DNA from: Candidatus Acidiferrales bacterium
Lineage (GTDB): Bacteria; Acidobacteriota; Terriglobia; Acidiferrales; UBA7541
Reading direction: 5' to 3'
Length of the DNA stretch: 64,000 nt
Assembly: GCA_035631855.1 (NCBI GenBank)
Contig: DASQHY010000107.1
Coordinates: forward strand, 6,107 to 70,106
Under the pieces are notes generated by a model that saw only the letters and a list, made by a program, of their open reading frames with translations, had not been told where the DNA came from and made no database searches. The translations under genes were made by a program, and so were the position numbers. This document shows, piece after piece, positions 1 through 9,797 of the stretch; the first letter of the stretch is position 1, and every line of letters starts with the position of its first letter.

Positions 1-326
1 GCGAGCGCTACGGCCTGGTTGTGCTCCTCATCCTTCGCGCTGTAGAGCAGCGTAACTGCGAGATGTTCCCTCTCGAGGCGCTCGACCTGCTCCAGCAGAT
101 TCTTTTTCCCGGCGAGTTCCTTTCCATAACGCCGTTGGAATTCCGCCCACTTCTTGGGGTCGTGCGCAAACCATTTTCGCAGTGCGTCAGAAGGAGCAAT
201 GTCCTTCAGCCAGAGCTGGACGTGAGCCTGCTGCTTGGAAACTCCCCGAGGCCAGAGACGGTCCACCAGCACGCGATAGCCATCTTCTTTTCTCGCCGCT
301 TCGTAGATGCGTTTGACACGGATCAT
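1..326 (-). CDS. DUF488 (YeaO-like) family protein, C-terminal end cut by window edge
   Basis: Absent from the ORF track because no stop lies inside the window. Manual reverse translation from the ATG at 324-326 gives MIRVKRIYEAARKEDGYRVLVDRLWPRGVSKQQAHVQLWLKDIAPSDALRKWFAHDPKKWAEFQRRYGKELAG... The WPRG, LRKWF and W.EF..RY motifs fit DUF488 as I know it. Confidence 0.7.
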   Translation of the reverse strand, partial: MIRVKRIYEAARKEDGYRVLVDRLWPRGVSKQQAHVQLWLKDIAPSDALRKWFAHDPKKWAEFQRRYGKELAGKKNLLEQVERLEREHLAVTLLYSAKDEEHNQAVAL

Positions 327-347
327 CGCGGACTCTGCAGCGTTATT

Positions 348-1694
348 TTATAACGGCAGGCGAAGGCGCGCCTGGCATCCGTGTCCTTCGTGGCGGTTTT
401 CCAGCGTCAGGCTGCCGCCATGAGCCTCGGCGATTTGGCGGCTCAACACCAGACCGATGCCGGAACCGCCCGACTTGGTGGTAAAGAAAGGCACAAAGAG
501 ATTCGCGGTGTTGGGAAGTCCGGGACCTTCGTCGTTCACCCAGACCTCCAGATAGCGCGCGTTCTTCTTCCATCCGAGTTGCACAGCCCCGCCGGTTTCC
601 AGCGAGGCATCCGTGGCATTGCGGACCAGATTGATGAGCAGCTGTTCGATCTGGTCGCCGTCGGCGGAGATGGTGAGCGGCGGACCGTCCGCCACCGCGA
701 TTCTCAGGCGCGTCTCGAGGCTGGCCACGCGATGAATGACAGGAGCGAGTTCGACGGGCGCGAGCGTTGGCTTTGGCAGACGCGCCAGCCTCGCGTACGC
801 GGCCATGAAGCGGCTCAGCGCCTCGGTGCGCGAACGGATGATGCTCAGGCCGTGGCGCATGTCTTCGATGAGATCTGAAGAGGCTCCCGATGGTCCGCCG
901 CCGTCCGTGGCTGCGGAGCGAAGCTGGCTTTCGAGGCTCTCGGCCACCGATTGAATCGGCGCGAGTGAATTATTCAGTTCATGCCCCATCACACGGATCA
1001 AGCGCTGCCACGCCAGCCTTTCCTCTTCGCGGAGCGCGCGGCTCAGATCGGTCAGCACAATGAGCTGGTGCGGCCGGCCACCCTGACGAAAGGTCCCACG
1101 GCGCACCGCCCACCGCCCGGAACCTCCCGGGAAGCCGACCTCCATGGTTCGTGCCGAAGCGCCTTCCAGGCATCGCGCCAACCCCAACTCTTCCGCCGTC
1201 AAGTCGAGCAAACGTTCCGCGGGGCGTCCCAGAAGACGTTCGCCGGCGCGGTTGACCAGTTTCAGTTTTTGGGTGTCGTCAAAGGTGAACACGGCCACGT
1301 CTATTTCTTCCATCACGGCGCGCAGCAGCGCCGTCGCTTCGAGCGCTCCCATGCGCTGCGCGCGGAGGGTCGCGCTCAGCGCGTTGACCTCGCGCATCAC
1401 TTCGCCGAGCGCGTCATTGAAGCGCGCCCCGCGCGCGCGAATCGAGAAATCCTCCTCGCGCATCGCGGCGAGGAGGTTCGAAAGAGTCTGGAGAGAAAAC
1501 ACCACGCGCTGGCGCAGCGACACCGCAAACCCCATCCAAAAGAGCACGATGAGAATCGTCAGTGTCCACGCCGTGCGGGAAGAGTACGGCCCGGTCCACA
1601 AAAGGATTAAAGCGACGAGCGAACCCGGCAGGCCCGCGGCCAGCGAAAGAAGCTGGATGCGGCGCTCGTGCGTGAGGTCCTTCATCTTCTTCAT
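348..1694 (-). CDS. sensor histidine kinase with two TM helices and a minimal extracytoplasmic loop
   Basis: 448 aa. TM1 and TM2 are separated by only about 9 residues (TGPYSSRTA). A HAMP/PAS-like cytoplasmic linker follows, then the H-box VMGHELNNSLAPI and ATPase boxes DEGPGL and GGSGIGL. The start overlaps the stop of the upstream regulator (ATGA). Confidence 0.9.
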   Translation of the reverse strand: MKKMKDLTHERRIQLLSLAAGLPGSLVALILLWTGPYSSRTAWTLTILIVLFWMGFAVSLRQRVVFSLQTLSNLLAAMREEDFSIRARGARFNDALGEVMREVNALSATLRAQRMGALEATALLRAVMEEIDVAVFTFDDTQKLKLVNRAGERLLGRPAERLLDLTAEELGLARCLEGASARTMEVGFPGGSGRWAVRRGTFRQGGRPHQLIVLTDLSRALREEERLAWQRLIRVMGHELNNSLAPIQSVAESLESQLRSAATDGGGPSGASSDLIEDMRHGLSIIRSRTEALSRFMAAYARLARLPKPTLAPVELAPVIHRVASLETRLRIAVADGPPLTISADGDQIEQLLINLVRNATDASLETGGAVQLGWKKNARYLEVWVNDEGPGLPNTANLFVPFFTTKSGGSGIGLVLSRQIAEAHGGSLTLENRHEGHGCQARLRLPL

Positions 1695-3067
1695 GGCTGC
1701 ACGTGTTTTTGAAGCCGGCGGTAAAGACCGCTACGGCTCAGGCCCAGGGCCTTGGCGGCCATGCTTACGTTTCCATCGTAGCGGGAGAGCGTTCGATGCA
1801 CGAGGTAGCGCTCGACTTCTTCCAGGCTCATCTCCTCGAGCCGCGGAGAACTGCTCGAAGCGGCGGAGCGGAGCCCCAGGTCTGAGGCGCGGACCTGCGA
1901 CCCCTGGGCCAGCAAGACGCCGCGCTCCACGGCATGGTCCAATTCACGCACATTGCCTGGCCAGGGGTGCTCCTGGAGAGCCTGGGTGGCCGCGGGATCG
2001 AAGCCGGCAATGCTCTTGCGGTAGCGCTGGGAATAATTCAGCAGGAAATGGTTGGCCAGCAGAGGAATATCTTCGCGGCGCTCGCGCAACGGCGGAAGAT
2101 GGATTTCGATGGTGTTCAGGCGGAAGAGCAGGTCCTGGCGGAAGCGTCCCCCTGCAATTTCGGCATTGACGTCCGCATTGGTGGCCGCGAGGACGCGCAC
2201 GTCCACGCGCCGCGTTTTTGATGAACCCACGCGCTCCATCTCACCAGTTTCCAGAACGCGGAGGAGTTTCGCTTGGAGGTTCATCGGCACGTTGGCGATT
2301 TCGTCCAGGAAAAGAGTGCTGGTGTCAGCGAGTTCGAAACGCCCCACGCGGTCGGCCCGCGCATCGGTAAAGGCGCCCTTCACATGCCCAAACAATTCGC
2401 TCTCGAAAACGCCTTCGGACAGCCCGCCCGCATTGACCGTAACCATCGGCTTGCTGCCGCGCTGCGACAATGCATGGAGCGTCTGCGCCACCACTTCTTT
2501 TCCCGTGCCGTGCTCTCCGGTAATCAGGACGTTGGCGTCGGACGGACCAATCTGCGCGATCAGCTCGAGGACCGGCTGCATGGCCGCGGATTCGGCGATG
2601 AGCGTGGGACGAGATTCCGCGCGGAGCAGGCGATTCTCCGCCTCCAGGCGGGAGGCATGACGCAAGGCGTTACGCAACTCAATCTGCGTGCGAATGATGG
2701 AGAGAAGCCGCGCATTCTCCCAGGGCTTCTGGATGAAATCCTTCGCGCCGCGGCGCATGGCTTCGACGGCCAGCTCCACGCTGCCCCACGCGGTCATCAC
2801 CACCACCGGCAGGGCCGCGTCCATCATCTGAATCCGCCCCAGCAGGTCCAGCCCTTCTTGCCCGGAGGTGGTATCGCGCGTGTAATTCAGGTCCATCAAA
2901 ACAGCGTCAAATTCGCGCGTCTCCAAGGCCGCAAGAATCTCGGCCGGTGAGGTGACCGCCTGAGTCTCGTAGCCTTCCCGCTTGAGCAGCAAGCGCAGCG
3001 CTTCGCGGATGTCGGGTTGATCGTCCGCCAGAAGCACCCGGAAATGATTGGAGTTCTGATTCTTCAT
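1691..3067 (-). CDS. sigma-54-dependent response regulator (NtrC family enhancer-binding protein)
   Basis: 458 aa. REC domain (LLADDQPD, LMDLNY, VVVMTAWG). AAA+ domain with GEHGTGKE Walker A, the ESELFGHVKGAFTDA sigma-54 contact loop and LFLDEI Walker B. C-terminal HTH (AAKALGLSRSGLYRRL). Confidence 0.92.
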   Translation of the reverse strand: MKNQNSNHFRVLLADDQPDIREALRLLLKREGYETQAVTSPAEILAALETREFDAVLMDLNYTRDTTSGQEGLDLLGRIQMMDAALPVVVMTAWGSVELAVEAMRRGAKDFIQKPWENARLLSIIRTQIELRNALRHASRLEAENRLLRAESRPTLIAESAAMQPVLELIAQIGPSDANVLITGEHGTGKEVVAQTLHALSQRGSKPMVTVNAGGLSEGVFESELFGHVKGAFTDARADRVGRFELADTSTLFLDEIANVPMNLQAKLLRVLETGEMERVGSSKTRRVDVRVLAATNADVNAEIAGGRFRQDLLFRLNTIEIHLPPLRERREDIPLLANHFLLNYSQRYRKSIAGFDPAATQALQEHPWPGNVRELDHAVERGVLLAQGSQVRASDLGLRSAASSSSPRLEEMSLEEVERYLVHRTLSRYDGNVSMAAKALGLSRSGLYRRLQKHVQP

Positions 3068-3100
3068 CGGAATTCGTTCGTCCTCGACGCCGCGCCCGGA

Positions 3101-3808
3101 TTATCGTGCGGCGGCGGCCGTCGAATCTCCGCTCACGATCCAGCCGTCTTTTTGTTGAATAATGCGGTGGCCATACGCGGCGTTTCGCTCCGAGTGGGTC
3201 ACCTGAATGATCGTGGTTCCCGCTTCGTTGAGCCGCTTGAACAATTGCATGATTTCATCCCCCTGCGCCGAGTGCAGGTTGCCGGTGGGCTCGTCGGCGA
3301 GGATCAGCTTGGGATTCAGGATCACCGCGCGCGCCACGGCCACAAGCTGCTGTTGTCCCCCGGAAAGCTGGCTGGGGAAAAGGTCTTTCTTGCCGACGAT
3401 CTGAAAGCGGTCGAGGGCATCGCACACCAGGCTGGTGCGTTCCTTGTGCGGCACATTCTTGTAGGAGAGCGGGATATCCAGGTTTTCGAACACGGTCAGG
3501 TTGTCGATCAGGTGATAGCTCTGGAAGACAAATCCGATATTGCGCTTGTGAAGTTCGTTGCGTTGCTTGACGTTGAGCTTGTGGACGGGCTGGTCGAGAA
3601 AGTAATACTCGCCGCTCCACGCTCCGTCGAGCATTCCGATGATGCTCAGCAGCGTGGACTTTCCCGCGCCAGACGGCCCCATGATGGTCACGAATTCCGC
3701 CGGGAGAATGTCCAGGCTGATCCGTCGCAAGACGAAGAACTTGCTTCCCCCCTGGTCGTAAGATTTTTCCAGCCCGCGCAGTTGAATCAATGGTTCCGCA
3801 GTTCCCAC
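3101..3808 (-). CDS. MacB/LolD-type ABC transporter ATP-binding protein
   Basis: Walker A GPSGAGKST, signature LSGGQQQ, Walker B LILADEPT, H-loop VTHS. The track ORF starts at TTG 3832. I prefer GTG 3808 because it is preceded by AAGGAG plus a 5-nt spacer. Confidence 0.9.
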   Translation of the reverse strand: MGTAEPLIQLRGLEKSYDQGGSKFFVLRRISLDILPAEFVTIMGPSGAGKSTLLSIIGMLDGAWSGEYYFLDQPVHKLNVKQRNELHKRNIGFVFQSYHLIDNLTVFENLDIPLSYKNVPHKERTSLVCDALDRFQIVGKKDLFPSQLSGGQQQLVAVARAVILNPKLILADEPTGNLHSAQGDEIMQLFKRLNEAGTTIIQVTHSERNAAYGHRIIQQKDGWIVSGDSTAAAAR

Positions 3809-3986
3809 ATTCGCTCCTTCGAACTTCAGCAATCAAGGTGTCTCGTTGGCACGAGTCGCCCCCTTGCGCTCTGACCAGAAGACAATTCTAACGCAAAATC
3901 ATCAGTTTCGGGGCCATCTGACATTGGGTGTAAGTCCTTAATTCTTAGCTGGTTAAAAGGCGATTATCATCGTCGAGGAGGGAGTA

Positions 3987-4025
3987 CTGTCCGAAAATGG
4001 GACGGCTCGTCGCGGTTTCGGACAG
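3987..4025 (-). other. 10-bp-stem hairpin in the 282-bp gap that splits the transporter cluster
   Basis: CTGTCCGAAA (3987-3996) pairs perfectly with TTTCGGACAG (4016-4025). The 19-nt loop contains GACG/CGTC. It lies about 65 nt downstream of the permease stop. There is no U-tract, so terminator function is uncertain. Confidence 0.3.
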
Positions 4026-4090
4026 CGATTCTGGAGGCTTCGAAGCACCACGAAAAGCTGCTATTGCGAGTCTAGCAGACATCAACCGCG

Positions 4091-6526
4091 CTATTCATAT
4101 CGCAGCGCGACCAGCGGGTCTACACGGGAGGCGCGCCGCGCGGGGATATAGCACGCCAATGCCGCAACCGCCGAGAGCAGGAGCGGAAGACCGACGAACG
4201 CCGCAAGGTCTGTTGACTCCACACCAAACAGGAGAGACGAAAGAGCCCGCGCCAGAGCGAAGGAGATCGGCAAGCCAATCCCCACTCCCAGCAGGGTAAT
4301 CAGCATGCCGTTCTTCAGGATGAGCCGCAAAATGTCGCGGGTGCGCGCGCCGAGGGCCATGCGAATTCCGATCTCGTGGTTGCGTTCGCCGACCGAATAC
4401 GACATGACGCCATAGACGCCTACTGATGCCAGCACCAGTGCAATCACTCCGAGCACGGCCATCATCACGGCGACGTACGCGATTCCGACCACGGACTCGC
4501 TGATCAAAATGTCCAGCGGCTTGACGTCAAAGATCGGCAGCTCCGCATCCAGCGCCGTGATTTGGCTGCGCGCAGCAGAGACAAACTGCGACGGGCTAGC
4601 CGATGTGCGCATGAACAGAGTGGTGTAAGAGCGCGGCGTCTGCCGGTAGGGCCGGTAGAGCGTCGGCACGTACTCTTTGTCAAGCCAGCCATAGTGGATG
4701 TCGCTCACCACGCCTACGATCGTCATCCACGGATTATCGGAGTCGTTGCGGCCCGCTTTGATTCGCTTGCCAAGCGGATTCTCGCCCGGGAAGTAACGCC
4801 GCACCATGCTTTCGCTGACGAGTGCGACCGGAAGCGTGTCCTGTCCATCGGCGTCGCTGAGTTCGCGGCCGTCCAGCAAGGAAATGTTGATCAGGCGGAT
4901 GAAGCCCGGACTGATGGTTTGCGTAATGGCGAGACGCTGTTCGCCTCGCTCCATGGTGGGGCGCCCTTCGATACTGAAGATGCTCCACGGCGTCCCTCCG
5001 CCGCCTTCGTAAGGGGCGTATGAGGCGATGGCTGCCGACTGGACGTTTGGGATTGCGGACAGCCGCTCGAGCGTCTTGTCAAAGAATGCCGCCCGGGCGT
5101 GCGCTTCTTTGTATTGCAACTCGGGCAGCGAAACTTTGAACGTCAAAAGCGTTTCGGGAGAAAAGGAATTGTTCACAGTCAGTAGCGCGCGGAATCCCTT
5201 TACCAAGAGTCCGGCGCCGAGCAGCAGAACCAGCGCGAGGGAGATCTCTGCAACCACCAATGTGCTGCGCATGCGGTGGCGCCCGCGTCCCGATGAGCTG
5301 CGGCCACTTTCCTTTAGCGTCTCGTTCAGCTTCGCGCGCGAGCTGAGCACCGCCGGCCCCAGGCCGGAAAGAACCCCGCTGACCAATGCAATCGCCAAAG
5401 TAAACAGAAAGGCCCCGGCATCCAGCTGGATCGTTTTCCATCCGGCGATGAACCTGGCGATGTCGGGAGGCATGTTGGCAAGAATAAGTTCGAGACTCGC
5501 GTTCGCAAACAGAAGTCCGACCGCAGCCCCGCCGGCGGAAAGCAGAACGCTCTCGGTCAAAAGCTGGCGGACGATGCGCCCGCGGCTGGCGCCCAGCGCG
5601 GCACGGATGGCCAACTCTCTCTGGCGTCCGGTGACGCGCGCGAACTGCACGTTGGCAACATTGGCGCAGGCAATCAGGAGCACAAACCCCACTGCACCCA
5701 TCAGAAGAATGGTGTACTGCCGCGTCAGGGCTCCCGTTGCGAATTCGGCGATGGGCATGACGCGCACATGCCAACCCCGACTTGTGTCCGGATACGCCTC
5801 ACTGAGGCGCGTCTCGATGGTGCGCATTTCCGAGCCAGCCTGCTTGATGGAAATGTTTGGATGGAGGCGCCCCAGTACCCAGACGCCTCGTGTGGCGCGG
5901 TTCGCTTTGTCTTTTGGTTGAAACGCCAGAGGCAACCAGACTTCTGCGGGCTGAGGGAAATCGAATCCTTTCCCCATCACGCCGACAATGGTGAACCCCC
6001 TTCCATCCACCTTGACGGTTTTGCCCACGATGTGTGGATCGGAGGCGTAACGGCGTTCCCACAGGCCGTAGCCCAAGATGATTTCCTGATCCTTGCCAGA
6101 CTGTTCCTCTTCGGGGAGAAACGTGCGGCCCAAGATAGGCTGGACCTGAAGGAAGTTGAAAAAATTGGACGAGACGTCCATGCCCTGGACCTTCTGCGGC
6201 TCTCCGTCGCCCGTCAGATTGACTTCGTCCCACTCGTATGCCGCCATCTGCTGGAACGAGCGGCTCTGCTCTTTCCAATCGAAATAGGTGGCGGGCGCGA
6301 CCGAATTCCTGTCAATGTTCAGTTCGGGACGCGTGTCCACGATGGCCACGAGGGACTCCGCGTGTTCAAAGGGGACCGGACGCACCAGGAATGCCTCGGC
6401 AAGGCTGAAAATGGCGGTGTTTGTTCCGATGCCGAGGGCCAAGGCGGCAATGGCGAGGAGCGTGACCCAGCGGTGCTTCCACAGCATGCGCACCGCGAAG
6501 CGGACGTCCTGAACCAATGTATTCAC
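4091..6526 (-). CDS. ADOP-type duplicated FtsX/MacB-like ABC permease
   Basis: 811 aa. N-terminus MNTLVQDVRFAVRML...LALGIGTNTAIFS. Two FtsX-like 4-TM modules, each preceded by a large periplasmic domain. C-terminus RVDPLVALRYE. GTG start preceded by AGGAGG. Confidence 0.9.
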   Translation of the reverse strand: MNTLVQDVRFAVRMLWKHRWVTLLAIAALALGIGTNTAIFSLAEAFLVRPVPFEHAESLVAIVDTRPELNIDRNSVAPATYFDWKEQSRSFQQMAAYEWDEVNLTGDGEPQKVQGMDVSSNFFNFLQVQPILGRTFLPEEEQSGKDQEIILGYGLWERRYASDPHIVGKTVKVDGRGFTIVGVMGKGFDFPQPAEVWLPLAFQPKDKANRATRGVWVLGRLHPNISIKQAGSEMRTIETRLSEAYPDTSRGWHVRVMPIAEFATGALTRQYTILLMGAVGFVLLIACANVANVQFARVTGRQRELAIRAALGASRGRIVRQLLTESVLLSAGGAAVGLLFANASLELILANMPPDIARFIAGWKTIQLDAGAFLFTLAIALVSGVLSGLGPAVLSSRAKLNETLKESGRSSSGRGRHRMRSTLVVAEISLALVLLLGAGLLVKGFRALLTVNNSFSPETLLTFKVSLPELQYKEAHARAAFFDKTLERLSAIPNVQSAAIASYAPYEGGGGTPWSIFSIEGRPTMERGEQRLAITQTISPGFIRLINISLLDGRELSDADGQDTLPVALVSESMVRRYFPGENPLGKRIKAGRNDSDNPWMTIVGVVSDIHYGWLDKEYVPTLYRPYRQTPRSYTTLFMRTSASPSQFVSAARSQITALDAELPIFDVKPLDILISESVVGIAYVAVMMAVLGVIALVLASVGVYGVMSYSVGERNHEIGIRMALGARTRDILRLILKNGMLITLLGVGIGLPISFALARALSSLLFGVESTDLAAFVGLPLLLSAVAALACYIPARRASRVDPLVALRYE

Positions 6527-6582
6527 GGAGTCCTCCTGCTACCGCAGGTCCCGCCAAACCGTTTTGATTGCGCCTCCTCAAA

Positions 6583-7293
6583 CTAGGCGCTGGCGTGGGA
6601 TTCCTTGCTCTCGTCCACCACGCGGCCGTCAAACATATGAATGGTGCGCTCGGCGAAGTTGGCGTAACGCTGGTCGTGCGTCACCATGCAGATGGTGGCC
6701 CCCCCGCGGTGCAGTTCGCGCAGTAATTCCATCACCGATTCGCCGTTCTTGGAGTCGAGGTTTCCGGTGGGCTCGTCGGCCATCAGGATGAGCGGATCGC
6801 CCACGAGCGCACGCGCCACGGCCACACGCTGCTGCTGACCTCCGGAGAGCTGCGAGGGATAGTGCTTCATGCGGTGCGCCATGCCCACGCGCTCCAGCGC
6901 CGCCTGCACTTTTTGCTTGCGCTCCGCGGAACCGGTTCCCCGGTAGGTGAGCGGCAACTCAACGTTCTCGTACACGGTAAGGTCGCCGATCAGGTTAAAC
7001 GCCTGGAAAATGAACCCGATCTCGCGGTTGCGGATGCGCGTGCGCTCGCTCAAGCTGAGGTTGGCCACCGGCTTGTTGTTGAGCCAGTAGTTGCCGTCGG
7101 TGGGCGAATCCAGCAGCCCCAGGATGGAGAGCAGAGTGGACTTGCCGCAACCGGAAGGCCCGGCAATCGAGATATACTCTCCTCTCTTGACTTCCAGATG
7201 GATTCCCGCCAGCGCGTGGGTCTCCACCTCATCGGTGTAGAACACTTTCGTCACCGCTTCGAGCCTGATCAGGTTTCCATTTGCGTCTGCCAT
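6583..7293 (-). CDS. MacB/LolD-type ABC transporter ATP-binding protein
   Basis: 236 aa. Walker A GPSGCGKST, LSGGQQQR, Walker B LILMADEPT, H-loop VTHD. ATG preceded by AGGAGA. Confidence 0.92.
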   Translation of the reverse strand: MADANGNLIRLEAVTKVFYTDEVETHALAGIHLEVKRGEYISIAGPSGCGKSTLLSILGLLDSPTDGNYWLNNKPVANLSLSERTRIRNREIGFIFQAFNLIGDLTVYENVELPLTYRGTGSAERKQKVQAALERVGMAHRMKHYPSQLSGGQQQRVAVARALVGDPLILMADEPTGNLDSKNGESVMELLRELHRGGATICMVTHDQRYANFAERTIHMFDGRVVDESKESHASA

Positions 7294-7349
7294 GTTTTCT
7301 CCTATTTATTTTGAATTGCCGATTGCCTTTTCTCCGCAAAACTTAGCGC

Positions 7350-9788
7350 CTATTCATACCGCAAAGCCACGATGGGGTCCACACGCAGGGCGCGCCGCGC
7401 GGGCAGATAGCAGGCCAGCGCCGCGATGCCGAGCAAGAACAGGGTGACTCCCGCAAAGGTCAGCGGATCGCGGGCGCTGATCCCGTATAACAGAGCACCC
7501 ATGGCGCGAGTTGCGGCGGCGGCCAGCACGAGGCCGATCGCCGCTCCCAGAAATGCCATGCGCATGCCCTGCCAGAGCAGAACGCGCACTACATCGCCGG
7601 GCTGCGCACCCAGCGCCATGCGGATGCCGATCTCGCGGGTGCGCTGCGCGACCAGAAACGCGATCACGCCGTAGATGCCGATTCCCGCCAAGACCAGAGC
7701 CTGCAAGCCGGCGACGCCCAGAAACTCCGAAGTCAGGCCATAGCTCGCGAAGGCGAACTCCATGTGCTGACGCAGCGTCCGCGTGTTGAAGACGGGCAGG
7801 TTGGGGTCCATCTCGTGCACCGTCTTCTGGATTGCCCCGAGCACTCCCGGCACGGCGGCCGCGGAGGCGGCACGCGCCTGCACGATCATGTCACCGGTGT
7901 AGGCTTGTTCGAGCGGGATATACACGTAGGATGTCGGCTCTTCGGTGAGCGTCTCCACTTTGACGTCGTGCACAACACCCACCACGCGCCGCCACTCGTC
8001 ACGAATGCGGATGCGATGCCCGAGAGGCTCTTGCCCGGGCCAGAAGCGGCGGGCAAACTGCTGGTTGACGATGGCCACGGCGGCCGAGTTCTTGTCGTCG
8101 TGCTCATCGAAATCGCGCCCGGCAATCGTCCGGATTCGCATGTTGGCAAAATAACCCGGCGAAATCCGCGCGTAATGAAAGGCCATGTCTTCATTCCGCT
8201 GCGGGGTATATCCTTCCACGTCCACCATCGTGTCCGCGCCGCCAATCACATGCAGCGGGAGATTCTCGGACAGGCTGGCCGACTCCACTCCAGGCAGGGC
8301 GCGCACCTGCTCGAGCAGTCTGCGGTAAAACGCGCGGCCCGCATCAGCGGTGTACCCATTGGCCGCGAGGTCCATGGCGCTAACCACTACATTGTCGGGG
8401 TCAAATCCCACGTCGATCCTTGTTGCGTAACCCTCGCTGCGCAGCACCAGGACTGCGCCGATGAGCAGCATCAGCGATAATGCGACTTGCGCCACCAGCA
8501 GGCCGCTGCGCAACCGCGAACGCGTAAACTTCCGGCTTCCGGTTTCCTCCTTCAACGCGTGGAGCAGGTCGGTCTTGGATGCCTGAAGCGCCGGGGCGAG
8601 ACCGAACACGACTCCGCTCAACACGGCGAGCAGGAGGGTAAACGCGAACACGCCCGCGTCGAAATTGGCGTCCAGCACGACGGGATAAGGAGCCGGGATC
8701 CTCAGATTCGCGAAATGCTGATTGGCCCACAAGCTCAGCGCGACCGATGCCGCGCCGCCCAGCAGAGACACCAGGACGGACTCAGTCAATAGCTGCCGGA
8801 CCAGCCTCCAGCGGCCCGCGCCGAGCGCTTGCCGAATGCCGATTTCCCGCACGCGCCCCGCGGCCCGCGCCAGCATCAGGTTGGCCACGTTCGAACATGC
8901 AATCAGCAGCACAATGCCGACAACCGCCATCACCACGGTAAGGACTGGAAACAGAATCGCCTGCCCCCCAAAGGGCGACCTGGACAGCGGCAGCAGTTCG
9001 GTCTTCTCGCGAATCTGCCGGTTCGGGAATTCCTTCAGCATTTGCGCGCCTACCACTCGCAGCGAGGCGCGCGCCTGCGCAAAACTTATTCCCGGCTTCA
9101 GGCGGCCCTGCAGAAGCAGCCAGCCGGAATCACGATGACCCAGAAAGTCCCAGGCGGGCACAACTTCGTGGATCATCATCACAGGGACATAGACGTCGAG
9201 CGTGAGTCCTACGGTGCTCCCGTGATAGGCCGGGTCGGTGACGCCGATCATCGTGAACGGCACGGTCCCGATGAAAAGCGTCTTGCCGATGACGTTGGGG
9301 TCGGCGCCCATGCGCGTGCTCCAGAAGCGGTGGCTCACCACGGCTACGGGATGCGCGCCCGGTGTGCGGTCGTCGTCCGGGGTGAGCAGCCGGCCCATCG
9401 CCGCGCGCACCCCGAGCATTTCGAAATTGTTACCGGTCATCGCTTCGCCCCACGTGCGCTCGGCTTTCTCCGCATAACGGACGCTGAGGGGCACCGGCGA
9501 AGAGCCTGCGAGGCTTTCAAAAACCTGGTTGCGGTCGCGCAGGTCCTTGTAATCGAGATACGAAAACGTCCAGGGGTTGCCTTCTACGGTGCGCTGCACG
9601 ACGACGACGAGCTGTTCCGCGGCGTGCACTCCCGGGAGCGGGCGCAGAATCATGCTCTTCAGCATGGTGAAGGTCGTCGTGTTCGCGCCGATGCCCAGCG
9701 CCAGAGTGAGCGCCGCAACCAACGCGAACCCGGGGCTTTTCGCCAGCATGCGCAACCCGAATCGAGCGTCCTGCCAGAGAGTTCTCAT
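7350..9788 (-). CDS. ADOP-type duplicated FtsX/MacB-like ABC permease
   Basis: 812 aa. MRTLWQDARFGLRML...[12 protein letters not shown] at the N-terminus, RVDPIVALRYE at the C-terminus. Paralog of the three neighbouring permeases. Confidence 0.9.
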   Translation of the reverse strand: MRTLWQDARFGLRMLAKSPGFALVAALTLALGIGANTTTFTMLKSMILRPLPGVHAAEQLVVVVQRTVEGNPWTFSYLDYKDLRDRNQVFESLAGSSPVPLSVRYAEKAERTWGEAMTGNNFEMLGVRAAMGRLLTPDDDRTPGAHPVAVVSHRFWSTRMGADPNVIGKTLFIGTVPFTMIGVTDPAYHGSTVGLTLDVYVPVMMIHEVVPAWDFLGHRDSGWLLLQGRLKPGISFAQARASLRVVGAQMLKEFPNRQIREKTELLPLSRSPFGGQAILFPVLTVVMAVVGIVLLIACSNVANLMLARAAGRVREIGIRQALGAGRWRLVRQLLTESVLVSLLGGAASVALSLWANQHFANLRIPAPYPVVLDANFDAGVFAFTLLLAVLSGVVFGLAPALQASKTDLLHALKEETGSRKFTRSRLRSGLLVAQVALSLMLLIGAVLVLRSEGYATRIDVGFDPDNVVVSAMDLAANGYTADAGRAFYRRLLEQVRALPGVESASLSENLPLHVIGGADTMVDVEGYTPQRNEDMAFHYARISPGYFANMRIRTIAGRDFDEHDDKNSAAVAIVNQQFARRFWPGQEPLGHRIRIRDEWRRVVGVVHDVKVETLTEEPTSYVYIPLEQAYTGDMIVQARAASAAAVPGVLGAIQKTVHEMDPNLPVFNTRTLRQHMEFAFASYGLTSEFLGVAGLQALVLAGIGIYGVIAFLVAQRTREIGIRMALGAQPGDVVRVLLWQGMRMAFLGAAIGLVLAAAATRAMGALLYGISARDPLTFAGVTLFLLGIAALACYLPARRALRVDPIVALRYE

Positions 9789-9797
9789 CGCTTCGCC

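Noticed and set aside
21-353. Plus-strand 110-aa ORF at the window start.
   Set aside because: The opposite strand encodes a convincing DUF488 protein from ATG 326. The plus ORF has no recognisable features.
3847-3867. TGGCAC ... TTGC, which looks like a sigma-54 promoter.
   Set aside because: The spacer is 11 nt instead of 5. The element is also on the plus strand, pointing antisense into a minus-strand permease gene.
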